From sequence record PQ641135: DNA of 42,059 nucleotides; one strand, written 5' to 3'. Numbering within the stretch: position 1 is the stretch's first letter; each line of letters starts with the position of its first letter. Source of the stretch: Escherichia phage HHU8. The translations under genes and the position numbers were made by a program. Below, in pieces: positions 33,583 to 39,991 of the stretch. The notes beneath the pieces were generated by a model. The model searched no databases. It had not been told where the DNA came from and was given only the letters and a program-made list of their open reading frames with translations.

Positions 33583-33867
33583 TTAGACCTCGAAGCTACC
33601 AATCGCCTCGTAGCCCTGAGCAGGCATGTTCTCAGCCGCGCTAGCGTTCAAGGTGCCTCCGTTCAGCAGGAACGCCAAGTCACCCATGCGGCTGATATCA
33701 GATTCCAGCGATGGCAGCGCAGCCTTAGCATCTTCCACCGTGTTCAGTTCCGGTACTTCTTTGCAGCCAGAGATACACAGCGCCATGTTGCCTTCTTCGA
33801 ATCCATCGCCCACGACTGCAACGATATCTTTTTGGGAAGCAGAGTAGTAAGCAGTTACTTTAGCCAT
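33583..33867 (-). CDS. small acidic early protein (member of the hairpin/box-preceded array)
   Basis: 94 aa from the ATG at 33865-33867 (GAGGG upstream); preceded by hairpin 33905-33928 and box GGCATGATTGCC 33890-33901 (plus-strand view). Confidence 0.45.
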   Translation of the reverse strand: MAKVTAYYSASQKDIVAVVGDGFEEGNMALCISGCKEVPELNTVEDAKAALPSLESDISRMGDLAFLLNGGTLNASAAENMPAQGYEAIGSFEV

Positions 33868-33889
33868 GATAAAACCCTCAGTTAGTTGC

Positions 33890-33928
33890 GGCATGATTGC
33901 CCTACAGCCCACCGCTACGGATGGGCTG
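33890..33928 (-). promoter_or_regulatory. intergenic hairpin plus GCAATCATGCC box (unit 1 of 4-5)
   Basis: Minus strand: stop, hairpin CAGCCCA-N10-TGGGCTG, then GCAATCATGCC, then ~20 nt, SD, ATG at 33867. Confidence 0.45.
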
Positions 33929-33935
33929 ACAGAAA

Positions 33936-34166
33936 TCACGCAGTCGCTATGACTTCACCTTCGAGTGCAGCTTCCACCGCCTCAGCGTAGCCCGGAATGG
34001 CCTGCGCTTCTTCGATATCTTCCATGTCATCATCGACTTTGAACCAGCGACGAGCGCTGTGTTCGCTGTTGTAGATGGCGACCAGCGTGCGGTCATTAGC
34101 AAACTGCGCGAATGTTTCTTCGCCATCGTTCGGGTCGATGAAGCGTACCAGTTCAAACTTAGCCAT
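33936..34166 (-). CDS. small acidic early protein
   Basis: 76-aa ORF; ATG at 34164-34166 with AGGAG upstream; acidic (DDDMEDIEEAQ). Confidence 0.45.
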   Translation of the reverse strand: MAKFELVRFIDPNDGEETFAQFANDRTLVAIYNSEHSARRWFKVDDDMEDIEEAQAIPGYAEAVEAALEGEVIATA

Positions 34167-34194
34167 GCTTTGTACTCCTATTGTTGGTGGTCGG

Positions 34195-34470
34195 TTACTC
34201 GAAGTCAGCCGCGTCTACGTTGTCGGCTTCGAAGCTGGTGATGAAGCTCGGCTCCAGTTCGTTCAGCTTCTCGACTGACAGCTTGCCACCTTGAATGGCA
34301 ATCAGCATACCGCCGAGGTCTTCCAGAGCCTCGCGCACTTCACCGATTACTTCATCGTGGCTTGCGTCCGGCTTCGGCTGCACGCCCAGCGACGGTGCGT
34401 TATCTTTGGTCTCGCCTACGATGAAAGCCAGACCGCCGTTGTTCAGTGCAAACACATTGATAGTGGACAT
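34195..34470 (-). CDS. small acidic early protein (member of the hairpin/box-preceded array)
   Basis: 91 aa from the ATG at 34468-34470; acidic C-terminus (EADNVDAADFE); preceded by box GGCATGATTGCC at 34492-34503 and a GC-rich hairpin. Confidence 0.45.
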   Translation of the reverse strand: MSTINVFALNNGGLAFIVGETKDNAPSLGVQPKPDASHDEVIGEVREALEDLGGMLIAIQGGKLSVEKLNELEPSFITSFEADNVDAADFE

Positions 34471-34491
34471 AATAAATCCTCGATAGGTTAG

Positions 34492-34530
34492 GGCATGATT
34501 GCCGCATTGCCCCCTCGCAAGGAGGCAACA
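34492..34530 (-). promoter_or_regulatory. intergenic hairpin plus GCAATCATGCC box (unit 2)
   Basis: Box (plus-strand view GGCATGATTGCC) at 34492-34503, preceded on the minus strand by an imperfect GC-rich hairpin (TTGCCTCC...GGGGGCAA); ATG of the downstream gene at 34470. Confidence 0.45.
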
Positions 34531-34535
34531 AGGTA

Positions 34536-34877
34536 TCACGCGTCGAAGTCGATATCGTCTTCCGCGTCGTACTCTTTGAGCACGTTGATAACCACATCTT
34601 CACCCAGTGTTTCGGTGTCGATGTAGGAGTGGCCGCCCATGAGAGCGAACAGTTCCAGCGGGAAGCCAGACTCGCGGAACTCTGCGAAGCTGGTGTCGTT
34701 ATCGAAGTGCGCCACGATAGCGTCAGGTGAATCGCCGTCGCGGTTGCGGCCTGCAATCAGGTAACGCTCGTCGTCCTGAGTGAAGCCAACCCACTCGCTG
34801 GTGATAGCGTCAGCCGGAACGCCTGCACCAAAAGCAGAGGCAGCGATGTTGGACAGCAGAACCAGTTTGATAGACAT
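34536..34877 (-). CDS. small acidic early protein (member of the hairpin/box-preceded array)
   Basis: 113 aa from the ATG at 34875-34877; acidic C-terminus (EYDAEDDIDFDA); preceded by box GGCATTATTGCC at 34900-34911 and hairpin 34915-34937. Confidence 0.45.
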   Translation of the reverse strand: MSIKLVLLSNIAASAFGAGVPADAITSEWVGFTQDDERYLIAGRNRDGDSPDAIVAHFDNDTSFAEFRESGFPLELFALMGGHSYIDTETLGEDVVINVLKEYDAEDDIDFDA

Positions 34878-34899
34878 AGTAAAACCCTCAATTGAGTAA

Positions 34900-34937
34900 G
34901 GCATTATTGCCACGCTGCGCCCTCGTTGAAGGCGCAG
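34900..34937 (-). promoter_or_regulatory. intergenic hairpin plus GCAATAATGCC box (unit 3)
   Basis: Box at 34900-34911, hairpin CTGCGCC-N9-GGCGCAG at 34915-34937; ATG of the downstream gene at 34877. Confidence 0.45.
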
Positions 34938-34948
34938 CAGGACAACGC

Positions 34949-35230
34949 TTACTCGTCGTCAACCTCGGCTTCAAAGGTGCCGATTTCTTCCAGCGTCAGG
35001 CCGCTACCGTGACGCGCTTTCAGCTCGTCTTCATCATGCTCAGCCAGCATGATGATGAACTCATGCGGCAGCGGGATGCCTTTCAGCGTTTCAAGGATGC
35101 CAGCGGCATCGGTCGGCTCACCGTCTTCACGAACGTGGTGCAGGTACTGGCCCGGATTGATGGACACAGCATAGCCGTACACTTCGCCGTCACGATTGGT
35201 AGTGAATGCAGTTACAGTTTTGGTAGTCAT
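34949..35230 (-). CDS. small acidic early protein (member of the hairpin/box-preceded array)
   Basis: 93 aa from the ATG at 35228-35230; acidic (EHDEDELK...EAEVDDE); preceded by box GGCAGAATTGCC at 35254-35265 and hairpin 35269-35292. Confidence 0.45.
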   Translation of the reverse strand: MTTKTVTAFTTNRDGEVYGYAVSINPGQYLHHVREDGEPTDAAGILETLKGIPLPHEFIIMLAEHDEDELKARHGSGLTLEEIGTFEAEVDDE

Positions 35231-35253
35231 GGATGATACTCCGTAATGGTTGG

Positions 35254-35292
35254 GGCAGAATTGCCATAAAGCCAGCGCCTTGACACTGGCTT
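35254..35292 (-). promoter_or_regulatory. intergenic hairpin plus GCAATTCTGCC box (unit 4)
   Basis: Box at 35254-35265, hairpin AAGCCAG-N10-CTGGCTT at 35269-35292; ATG of the downstream gene at 35230. Confidence 0.45.
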
Positions 35293-35306
35293 GAGTCAAT
35301 CCCGGC

Positions 35307-35501
35307 CTATTCCTCACAGATGAGGTAGCGGGTTCCGCTTTCAGTGACCGCAACGGCACCTTCGAACGATGCGACAGGTGAAGTCGTTACAGGCGTGCCA
35401 TTACTGAAACGCTGGTCACGGTCATTGTAGATATGACCTACGAGGCAGCGCCCTCTGGTGATGCTGCTGCGGGTTACGAGAACCGCGTCGAACTCTTGCA
35501 T
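35307..35501 (-). CDS. hypothetical protein
   Basis: 64-aa ORF; ATG at 35499-35501 with GGAG upstream; preceded by hairpin 35532-35552. Confidence 0.4.
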   Translation of the reverse strand: MQEFDAVLVTRSSITRGRCLVGHIYNDRDQRFSNGTPVTTSPVASFEGAVAVTESGTRYLICEE

Positions 35502-35560
35502 GTTTACACTCCAGTTGTGTGGTTACAATTCAGGCCACTCAGTGAATGGCCTGTCAGTAA

Positions 35561-36088
35561 TCACGCAGCTTTCAGCTTGCGCAGCCCGTCCAGTACGTTC
35601 TGAGGCACGACAACCTTGTTCGCGTCCTCATCGCGCCCTTCATGGCGCAGCTCGTTCGCCTTGCTCATTGCTTTTTCAGCTTTGGCAATGAGCTTGTCCA
35701 GCGCTTCTTGCAGGTCGAAGCCTTCGAACGCTGGCTCAGGCTTGCAAGTCCACCACATCGTGGCTTTCGCCTTGTCGATGTTCAGCTTGATATGCTCCGC
35801 GCCTTTCCAGCCCACGAAGCCCGTCTTGCCGTCGTCCTTCTCGCCCACAATCAGTCCGCCGAACTGGACGAACCAGTCAACCAGCGCTTTACCACGGACG
35901 CCTTCACCCAGTTGGTTGGTGAAGGTTTCAGCACGGGTGTAGTCGCCGTGGTTGTAAGCGTGCAGGATAATGCCGACCGCAACGTTCTGAATCTCATTAC
36001 GGAGTGAGTGCGCCTTTTTAACAGTCGCTTCGATAGCTTTGTCCAGCGCCGCAGCGTCTTTGAACGCGGTATATTTAACAGTAGTCAT
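35561..36088 (-). CDS. hypothetical early protein
   Basis: 175 aa from the ATG at 36086-36088 (AAGGTGA upstream); the track ORF begins 3 codons earlier at a GTG. Confidence 0.5.
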   Translation of the reverse strand: MTTVKYTAFKDAAALDKAIEATVKKAHSLRNEIQNVAVGIILHAYNHGDYTRAETFTNQLGEGVRGKALVDWFVQFGGLIVGEKDDGKTGFVGWKGAEHIKLNIDKAKATMWWTCKPEPAFEGFDLQEALDKLIAKAEKAMSKANELRHEGRDEDANKVVVPQNVLDGLRKLKAA

Positions 36089-36163
36089 GATAGTCACCTT
36101 GTCGGTTGGTTGATTTCACATAGCGCCCCGCAGGACGCTATAGGCTATCAGCCACGGCGTTTG

Positions 36164-36556
36164 CTACGCCTCTACTACCCAAAATTGCGCACCATCGTAA
36201 GTCCAAGCAGTGTACTGCCCGGCTTCCATCTCGGCCTCAGTCTTACTGACTAACTTGCCAGCAGGCTTGCCCGGACATGGTGAATCCATGAAGATTGCAT
36301 CATCATCATCAGTCACTACCATGATGCAGTCCTGTTCAAGAGCCTTACAGAACAGCTTAATAGCCTGCCTGATTTCATAGATTCCATCGACAGGAAATAC
36401 CATGCTCAACTCGTACTGATTGTCGAACTTGCCTGTCAGTGTGACCGGAATCACTCCGAACATATCCTGCACCGTTCGCAGTGCCTTGCAATGAAGCGCC
36501 AGATTAACACACTCAGCATTGTTCTGACGATATGCGCTTGCATAGATACGGTACAT
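36164..36556 (-). CDS. hypothetical protein, first early gene downstream of the sigma70-type promoters
   Basis: 130-aa ORF; ATG at 36554-36556 with GGAGAA upstream; lies ~450 nt downstream of the tandem promoters. Confidence 0.5.
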   Translation of the reverse strand: MYRIYASAYRQNNAECVNLALHCKALRTVQDMFGVIPVTLTGKFDNQYELSMVFPVDGIYEIRQAIKLFCKALEQDCIMVVTDDDDAIFMDSPCPGKPAGKLVSKTEAEMEAGQYTAWTYDGAQFWVVEA

Positions 36557-37014
36557 AGTTATTTCTCCAGTTGTTGGCTATTTTCAGGTGGATAGTGAAC
36601 CCATTGTGACGCGCCGTACAGTCTGCACTCGTTGGCATTGATTGGCTTGTCGGATTCACTACCCTGAAAAATCGCCCCGCCCATTTCGCGCTGTGAGTAT
36701 TGTCTTCACTCACTCTCAGGAGTCTTCCAGCAGTCCGGCTCACCGTCACCAGCTTATGCCTACCTACCCGCTATACTCCGCGCCTTATAAGACGTTTGGG
36801 ATTGTGCTGATACTGCGCTGCGTCTATCGCGCTTCTCCGTTCCCTTGCATCGGGCGCTACCCCTACGGCGTTAGCATTGTTGCGATACCGTTGCCTTTCG
36901 GCGATGCCTCACCCAGTTCCAACCTGCGGCGGATACCCAGTGAGCCGTGACACTACGCGGCCAGTTTGCGTTCACTCAGAGCAGGATGCTTTCCATCCTT
37001 TCAACTCGGTGCTG

Positions 37015-37043
37015 ATTACAACACAGTGTATTCAGCTTGTCAA
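37015..37043 (-). promoter_or_regulatory. sigma70-type early promoter P3 (TTGACA - 17 bp - TGTAAT)
   Basis: Minus strand TTGACA (37038-37043), 17-nt spacer, TGTAAT (37015-37020) with TGT upstream; third tandem copy. Confidence 0.6.
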
Positions 37044-37083
37044 CTACTTTTTACTTCTGACTGACTGGCTTACTGCCTGTCAA

Positions 37084-37112
37084 TCTGGTGTGTATTACAG
37101 CATACTCGTTCC
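37084..37112 (-). promoter_or_regulatory. sigma70-type early promoter P2 (TTGACA - 17 bp - TGTAAT)
   Basis: Minus strand TTGACA (37107-37112), 17-nt spacer, TGTAAT (37084-37089) with TGC upstream; same architecture as P1. Confidence 0.6.
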
Positions 37113-37229
37113 ATCCTGTCAACCGATTTAATCAGCGCCCGTTCTGAGATGATTAGACCGTACCAGTTTGCCTGCGTGGGTTTTAACGTCTTTATCCATG
37201 ACTGTTTGGCTTGCTGGTTGACTGGAAGC

Positions 37230-37258
37230 ATTACAGCATAGTGAGTTTGCCTTGTCAA
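37230..37258 (-). promoter_or_regulatory. sigma70-type early promoter P1 (TTGACA - 17 bp - TGTAAT)
   Basis: On the minus strand: TTGACA (plus coordinates 37253-37258), exact 17-nt spacer, TGTAAT (37230-37235), with TGC immediately upstream of the -10 hexamer (extended -10-like). Points toward the early genes. Confidence 0.6.
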
Positions 37259-37330
37259 CACACCAGATTGTTAAAGAGCAGTGTTACCGTTCAATCTTGT
37301 CTACTGGGCTAGTGCCTTTCGACGTGATGA

Positions 37331-37360
37331 ATTACAGCACATAACCAAAACAGTTTGCAA
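37331..37360 (-). promoter_or_regulatory. possible weaker sigma70-type promoter P4 (TTGCAA - 18 bp - TGTAAT)
   Basis: Minus strand TTGCAA (37355-37360), 18-nt spacer, TGTAAT (37331-37336). Confidence 0.35.
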
Positions 37361-37381
37361 GTATTATTTTCAAGAAAAGTG

Positions 37382-37479
37382 ATAAGTTACTGTAATCATT
37401 GAGATTAAAGTTTGATTGGATAATCACAACACTGGATAGAATACCGTTATCAGATAGGTCATAAGTTACTGTAATCATT
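37382..37479. repeat. AT-rich region with a 19-bp perfect direct repeat (ATAAGTTACTGTAATCATT x2)
   Basis: Identical 19-mers at 37382-37400 and 37461-37479 within an AT-rich block between the T-depleted tract and the sigma70 promoters. Confidence 0.5.
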
Positions 37480-37487
37480 AGATAATT

Positions 37488-37508
37488 ATGAAAGTGTCTA
37501 TAGTGATA
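37488..37508 (-). promoter_or_regulatory. promoter-like element with T7-class core (minus strand reads TATCACTATAGACACTTTCAT), upstream of the sigma70 promoters
   Basis: Minus strand carries ...GATACTATATCACTATAG|ACAC...; the core TCACTATAG matches the conserved -8..+1 of T7/SP6/K11-group promoters. It sits just upstream of the tandem early promoters, comparable to the T7 left-end phage promoter. Perfect 21-bp inverted copy of 16678-16698. Confidence 0.4.
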
Positions 37509-37519
37509 TAGTATCGCTA

Positions 37520-37960
37520 GATACGCAGAGCGAGCGCGGCGCAGCCGAAACAAGCGAGCGCGGAACGTCAACGGATGGAATCCGACAGGATGACAGGCGG
37601 CAGACAGTGAACGCAGTAGGACAGTAGACAGAGTGTAACAGCAGGTAGCAGAGCATGACGCGCAGAGCTGGAGGCGCAGACAGTAGACCAGCAGACAGGA
37701 CAGCACCACGCAGCACCACGCCGCGCCACGAAAAGAGACAGATACCCGCCCGACCACAGGCAGCACGCAGCACCGCGCAGCCAGCGCAGAGCGTCCCCAT
37801 AGGACAGCACCGCACAGCACAGCCAGCAGGACAGCACCGCGCCGAGTGATGAAACGCGACACGCACGAGCTATACCGCACGCAGGCAATCCTCTTGACGC
37901 GCCGCGCAGCGCACGCGAGCAATTATCGCGCACGTCGCGAGGCTAAACCGCGCACACGCT
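37520..37960. repeat. thymine-depleted, short-repeat-rich non-coding tract (candidate terminal-repeat / concatemer-junction region)
   Basis: About 440 bp in which the plus strand is nearly devoid of T and is built from degenerate short repeats (AGGACAGCACC at 37697, 37800 and 37828; GACAGTAGAC at 37625 and 37681; many ACGCAG/CAGCAC units). No credible ORF; lies between the last gene (endolysin) and the early promoters. Confidence 0.5.
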
Positions 37961-38072
37961 ATGGGGGCACGCGCGGTCATTTGGGTCGAGGGAGGGGCAC
38001 GTACAAATAGTCAATTTTCAAGCCGGGGTATTGCACCCACGGCCTGTTCATTGCATCAGCTTTTGGATACCC

Positions 38073-38609
38073 CTACAGCGTCGCACAGTAAGCGCTACAG
38101 CGTTTTGCACGGGCAACCAAGGCATCCCTATAGCGAACCACTGTCGGGGCTGTAGAAGCCTTTAGGAACGCAATACGAAGGTCACAGATGGCTGCTGCTG
38201 CGGAGTGAGGTTCCAGACGTTTGGCTGCTGCCACGGTAGCAGGGCCAATAACCCCGTCTTGTGCAACACCGCATACCCGCTGTAGAGCTTTCGCAGCACG
38301 GGAGACGCCGGAGTTGACGCCGTAATCAAACACGGCACATGCAATCGCAGGGTGAAGCTCGTCACCTCTGATGGGGCTGTAGTAGTCCCGGCGATAGATT
38401 GCCTCGGCTTGCTCTTTGGTGAGCTGCTTGATAGGCACACACACAGTGCCGCCAAGCCCAGTAGGGACACCACAAGCTCTACCATCCAGCTTCCCATCAC
38501 GAGCGTCACTAATTCCATGGTTGGTCTCCCCTCCAGTGTCACCGGGCAGCTTGGTGTACCCACCCTCGGCCAGCCCGGTGAACTTCATACAGATTTCAAA
38601 GTTAGTCAT
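38073..38609 (-). CDS. endolysin: glycoside hydrolase family 108-like N-terminal domain plus PG_binding_3-like C-terminal domain
   Basis: 178-aa ORF; N-terminal GLAEGGYTKLPGDTGGETNHGI fits the GH108 lysozyme motif pattern (EGGY...D.GG.T..GI), and the C-terminal GVAQDGVIGPATVAAAKR fits a peptidoglycan-binding domain. No signal peptide, so holin-dependent. ATG at 38607-38609 overlaps the upstream stop (TAATG). Confidence 0.75.
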   Translation of the reverse strand: MTNFEICMKFTGLAEGGYTKLPGDTGGETNHGISDARDGKLDGRACGVPTGLGGTVCVPIKQLTKEQAEAIYRRDYYSPIRGDELHPAIACAVFDYGVNSGVSRAAKALQRVCGVAQDGVIGPATVAAAKRLEPHSAAAAICDLRIAFLKASTAPTVVRYRDALVARAKRCSAYCATL

Positions 38610-38992
38610 TACATCCCCATAATCGTTGTGATAAAGGACTGGAGCGCCGTGAGGTCGCCAGCCTTGACCGCAAGATAGATACCGCTAACGAGTGAAGCGG
38701 TCAGGAGACACCACTTGACGGCGTGAGCCGCGTAAGAGAGTAGCTTACCGATGTGGCTCATAGTCTTTTGAATGTCCTGAATTTGCTCGACGACACGGAG
38801 CTGCTGCTGAATCTCCAGCCACCGGGAGTCGTTCTCCGATAGCTTGGCCAGCATAGCAGCGTCACCTTTTTCCAGCGATGCGATTTGCAGTTCGTGTTTG
38901 TCGAGGCGAGTTTCTACGGATTGCATACGAGCCTCCACAGCGCCCATACGCGAGTGGATGTTAGGAGCTGGCTCCTTCTTTGCTTCCGTCAT
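38609..38992 (-). CDS. membrane protein with N-terminal coiled coil and single C-terminal transmembrane helix; candidate atypical holin
   Basis: 127-aa ORF; ATG at 38990-38992 with GAAGGTGA upstream; heptad-like N-terminal ~90 aa, hydrophobic stretch AVKWCLLTASLVSGIYLAV near the C-terminus. Embedded in the lysis cassette, overlapping the end of the lipoprotein gene. Confidence 0.45.
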   Translation of the reverse strand: MTEAKKEPAPNIHSRMGAVEARMQSVETRLDKHELQIASLEKGDAAMLAKLSENDSRWLEIQQQLRVVEQIQDIQKTMSHIGKLLSYAAHAVKWCLLTASLVSGIYLAVKAGDLTALQSFITTIMGM

Positions 38993-39449
38993 CTTTCACC
39001 TTCTTCTTCCACGGAGATGGTACAAACCACATCACCAGACCTAAGATACAAGTAAGGCCCATGCCAAATGCCCACAGGAGACTGCGTGGGTCGCTCTGAG
39101 AGACAACAATAGTCTTAGCCTGCACGTTTCCATTGGTAATCTGCGAACCCTGCTTAGAAGCGTTTACAGAGCCTCCTGTGACATTCTTCACAGTCGTCGA
39201 ATCACTACCCTGTTTAGCGGTATCCACTTGCGCGTTACCAGATACGTCACCGACCTTCGTTTCGTCGGACTGTTTCGCAGTCAAGCCGATGCCTTGTTTC
39301 GTGTTCTCTGCGCCAACCTGTGCCGTTAGTTCCGGCTTATTGGGAGAGACAGCCGAGGTTACAGCAGACAGTGCGCTTGTTGCGGAGCAGCCCGTCAAAG
39401 TCAAGGACAGTGACAGGACTGCCCCGGCCATAAGCCGAGACAGTTTCAT
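38961..39449 (-). CDS. lipoprotein with C-terminal transmembrane helix; candidate unimolecular spanin
   Basis: 162-aa ORF; N-terminal signal with lipobox (LSLSLTLTG-C-SA), polar Ser/Thr/Gln-rich middle, C-terminal hydrophobic helix (LLWAFGMGLTCILGLVMWFV) then a basic tail. This is the architecture of a u-spanin such as phage T1 gp11. ATG at 39447-39449 with AAGGGG upstream. Confidence 0.5.
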   Translation of the reverse strand: MKLSRLMAGAVLSLSLTLTGCSATSALSAVTSAVSPNKPELTAQVGAENTKQGIGLTAKQSDETKVGDVSGNAQVDTAKQGSDSTTVKNVTGGSVNASKQGSQITNGNVQAKTIVVSQSDPRSLLWAFGMGLTCILGLVMWFVPSPWKKKVKDDGSKEGASS

Positions 39450-39458
39450 ATTGACCCC

Positions 39459-39644
39459 TTAGTTGGTCAGTGCAGTGAGGGCGTTCGACACGCGGGTAAC
39501 AAAGGTCTGGTAGTAAGCCACCAGCGCAGTGTTGGTCGTGTCGAAGTAACCGTCCTCAACCCAAACGTTCAGATACTTGGCCGCCATATTACAGGCTGCC
39601 ACGAACTCCGCACGTTCAGCAGCGGTAGAGTCAACAAGTGCCAT
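39459..39644 (-). CDS. hypothetical protein
   Basis: 61-aa ORF; ATG at 39642-39644 with AAGGAGA upstream; no hydrophobic segment. Confidence 0.4.
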   Translation of the reverse strand: MALVDSTAAERAEFVAACNMAAKYLNVWVEDGYFDTTNTALVAYYQTFVTRVSNALTALTN

Positions 39645-39826
39645 AAAGATTCTCCTTAAGAGAGTGTGATGCCAGTGATTGCACCAGCGGAAATAGCGAA
39701 GGTCGCGGTGTCGGTGTACGTGCCAGTGACCGGGATGGTCAGTGCATCACCGTTATCCACCATAGCCACAGTAGCGCCGTCCTCCAGCAGAGCGGAACCT
39801 TCCGGCGTACCCGCGTAACCAGCAGC

Positions 39827-39991
39827 CTAAAGTACCACCACCAGATTTGTGATGGCAGTTTCAATGTCAGCAGCCTGAGCTGCCGTCACTGTACGGGTAC
39901 CATTGATGAAGCGTTGAGTCACGTTAGCTGCGATACCACAGCGATAACCAAGCTCGTAACGCTGAGCATCAGTGATGGTGGTGATGGACAT
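39827..39991 (-). CDS. hypothetical small protein; reading frame continues 57 codons past its TAG stop
   Basis: 54 aa from the ATG at 39989-39991 (GGAGAA upstream; ATG overlaps the terminase stop as TAATG). Its TAG at 39827-39829 is followed in frame by an open stretch down to TAA at 39656-39658. Confidence 0.35.
   Translation of the reverse strand: MSITTITDAQRYELGYRCGIAANVTQRFINGTRTVTAAQAADIETAITNLVVVL

Noticed and set aside
33947-34156. 69-aa minus-strand ORF in an alternative frame
   Set aside because: Wholly contained within the better-supported 76-aa gene (33936-34166), which has an AGGAG-ATG start.
36513-36950. ORFs in the leader between the sigma70 promoters and the first early gene (minus 36513-36749, plus 36642-36950)
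   Set aside because: No SD-ATG context for any candidate ATG that I checked on the minus strand; the minus ORF overlaps the start of the 130-aa early gene in another frame. More likely an untranslated structured leader.
37332-37933. Overlapping minus-strand ORFs of 121-196 aa in the non-coding end region
   Set aside because: They fall in the T-depleted repeat tract, where the minus strand cannot form stop codons; the translations are low-complexity Cys/Arg/Ala-rich strings, several frames are open at once, and there is no ribosome-binding site.
38000-38072. Possible transcription terminator after the endolysin gene
   Set aside because: Inverted repeats are present (GGGTAT...ATACCC with a 36-nt loop; CCGCGC-N17-GCGCGG at 37948-37976), but none is followed by a clear U tract on the coding strand, so an intrinsic terminator cannot be supported.
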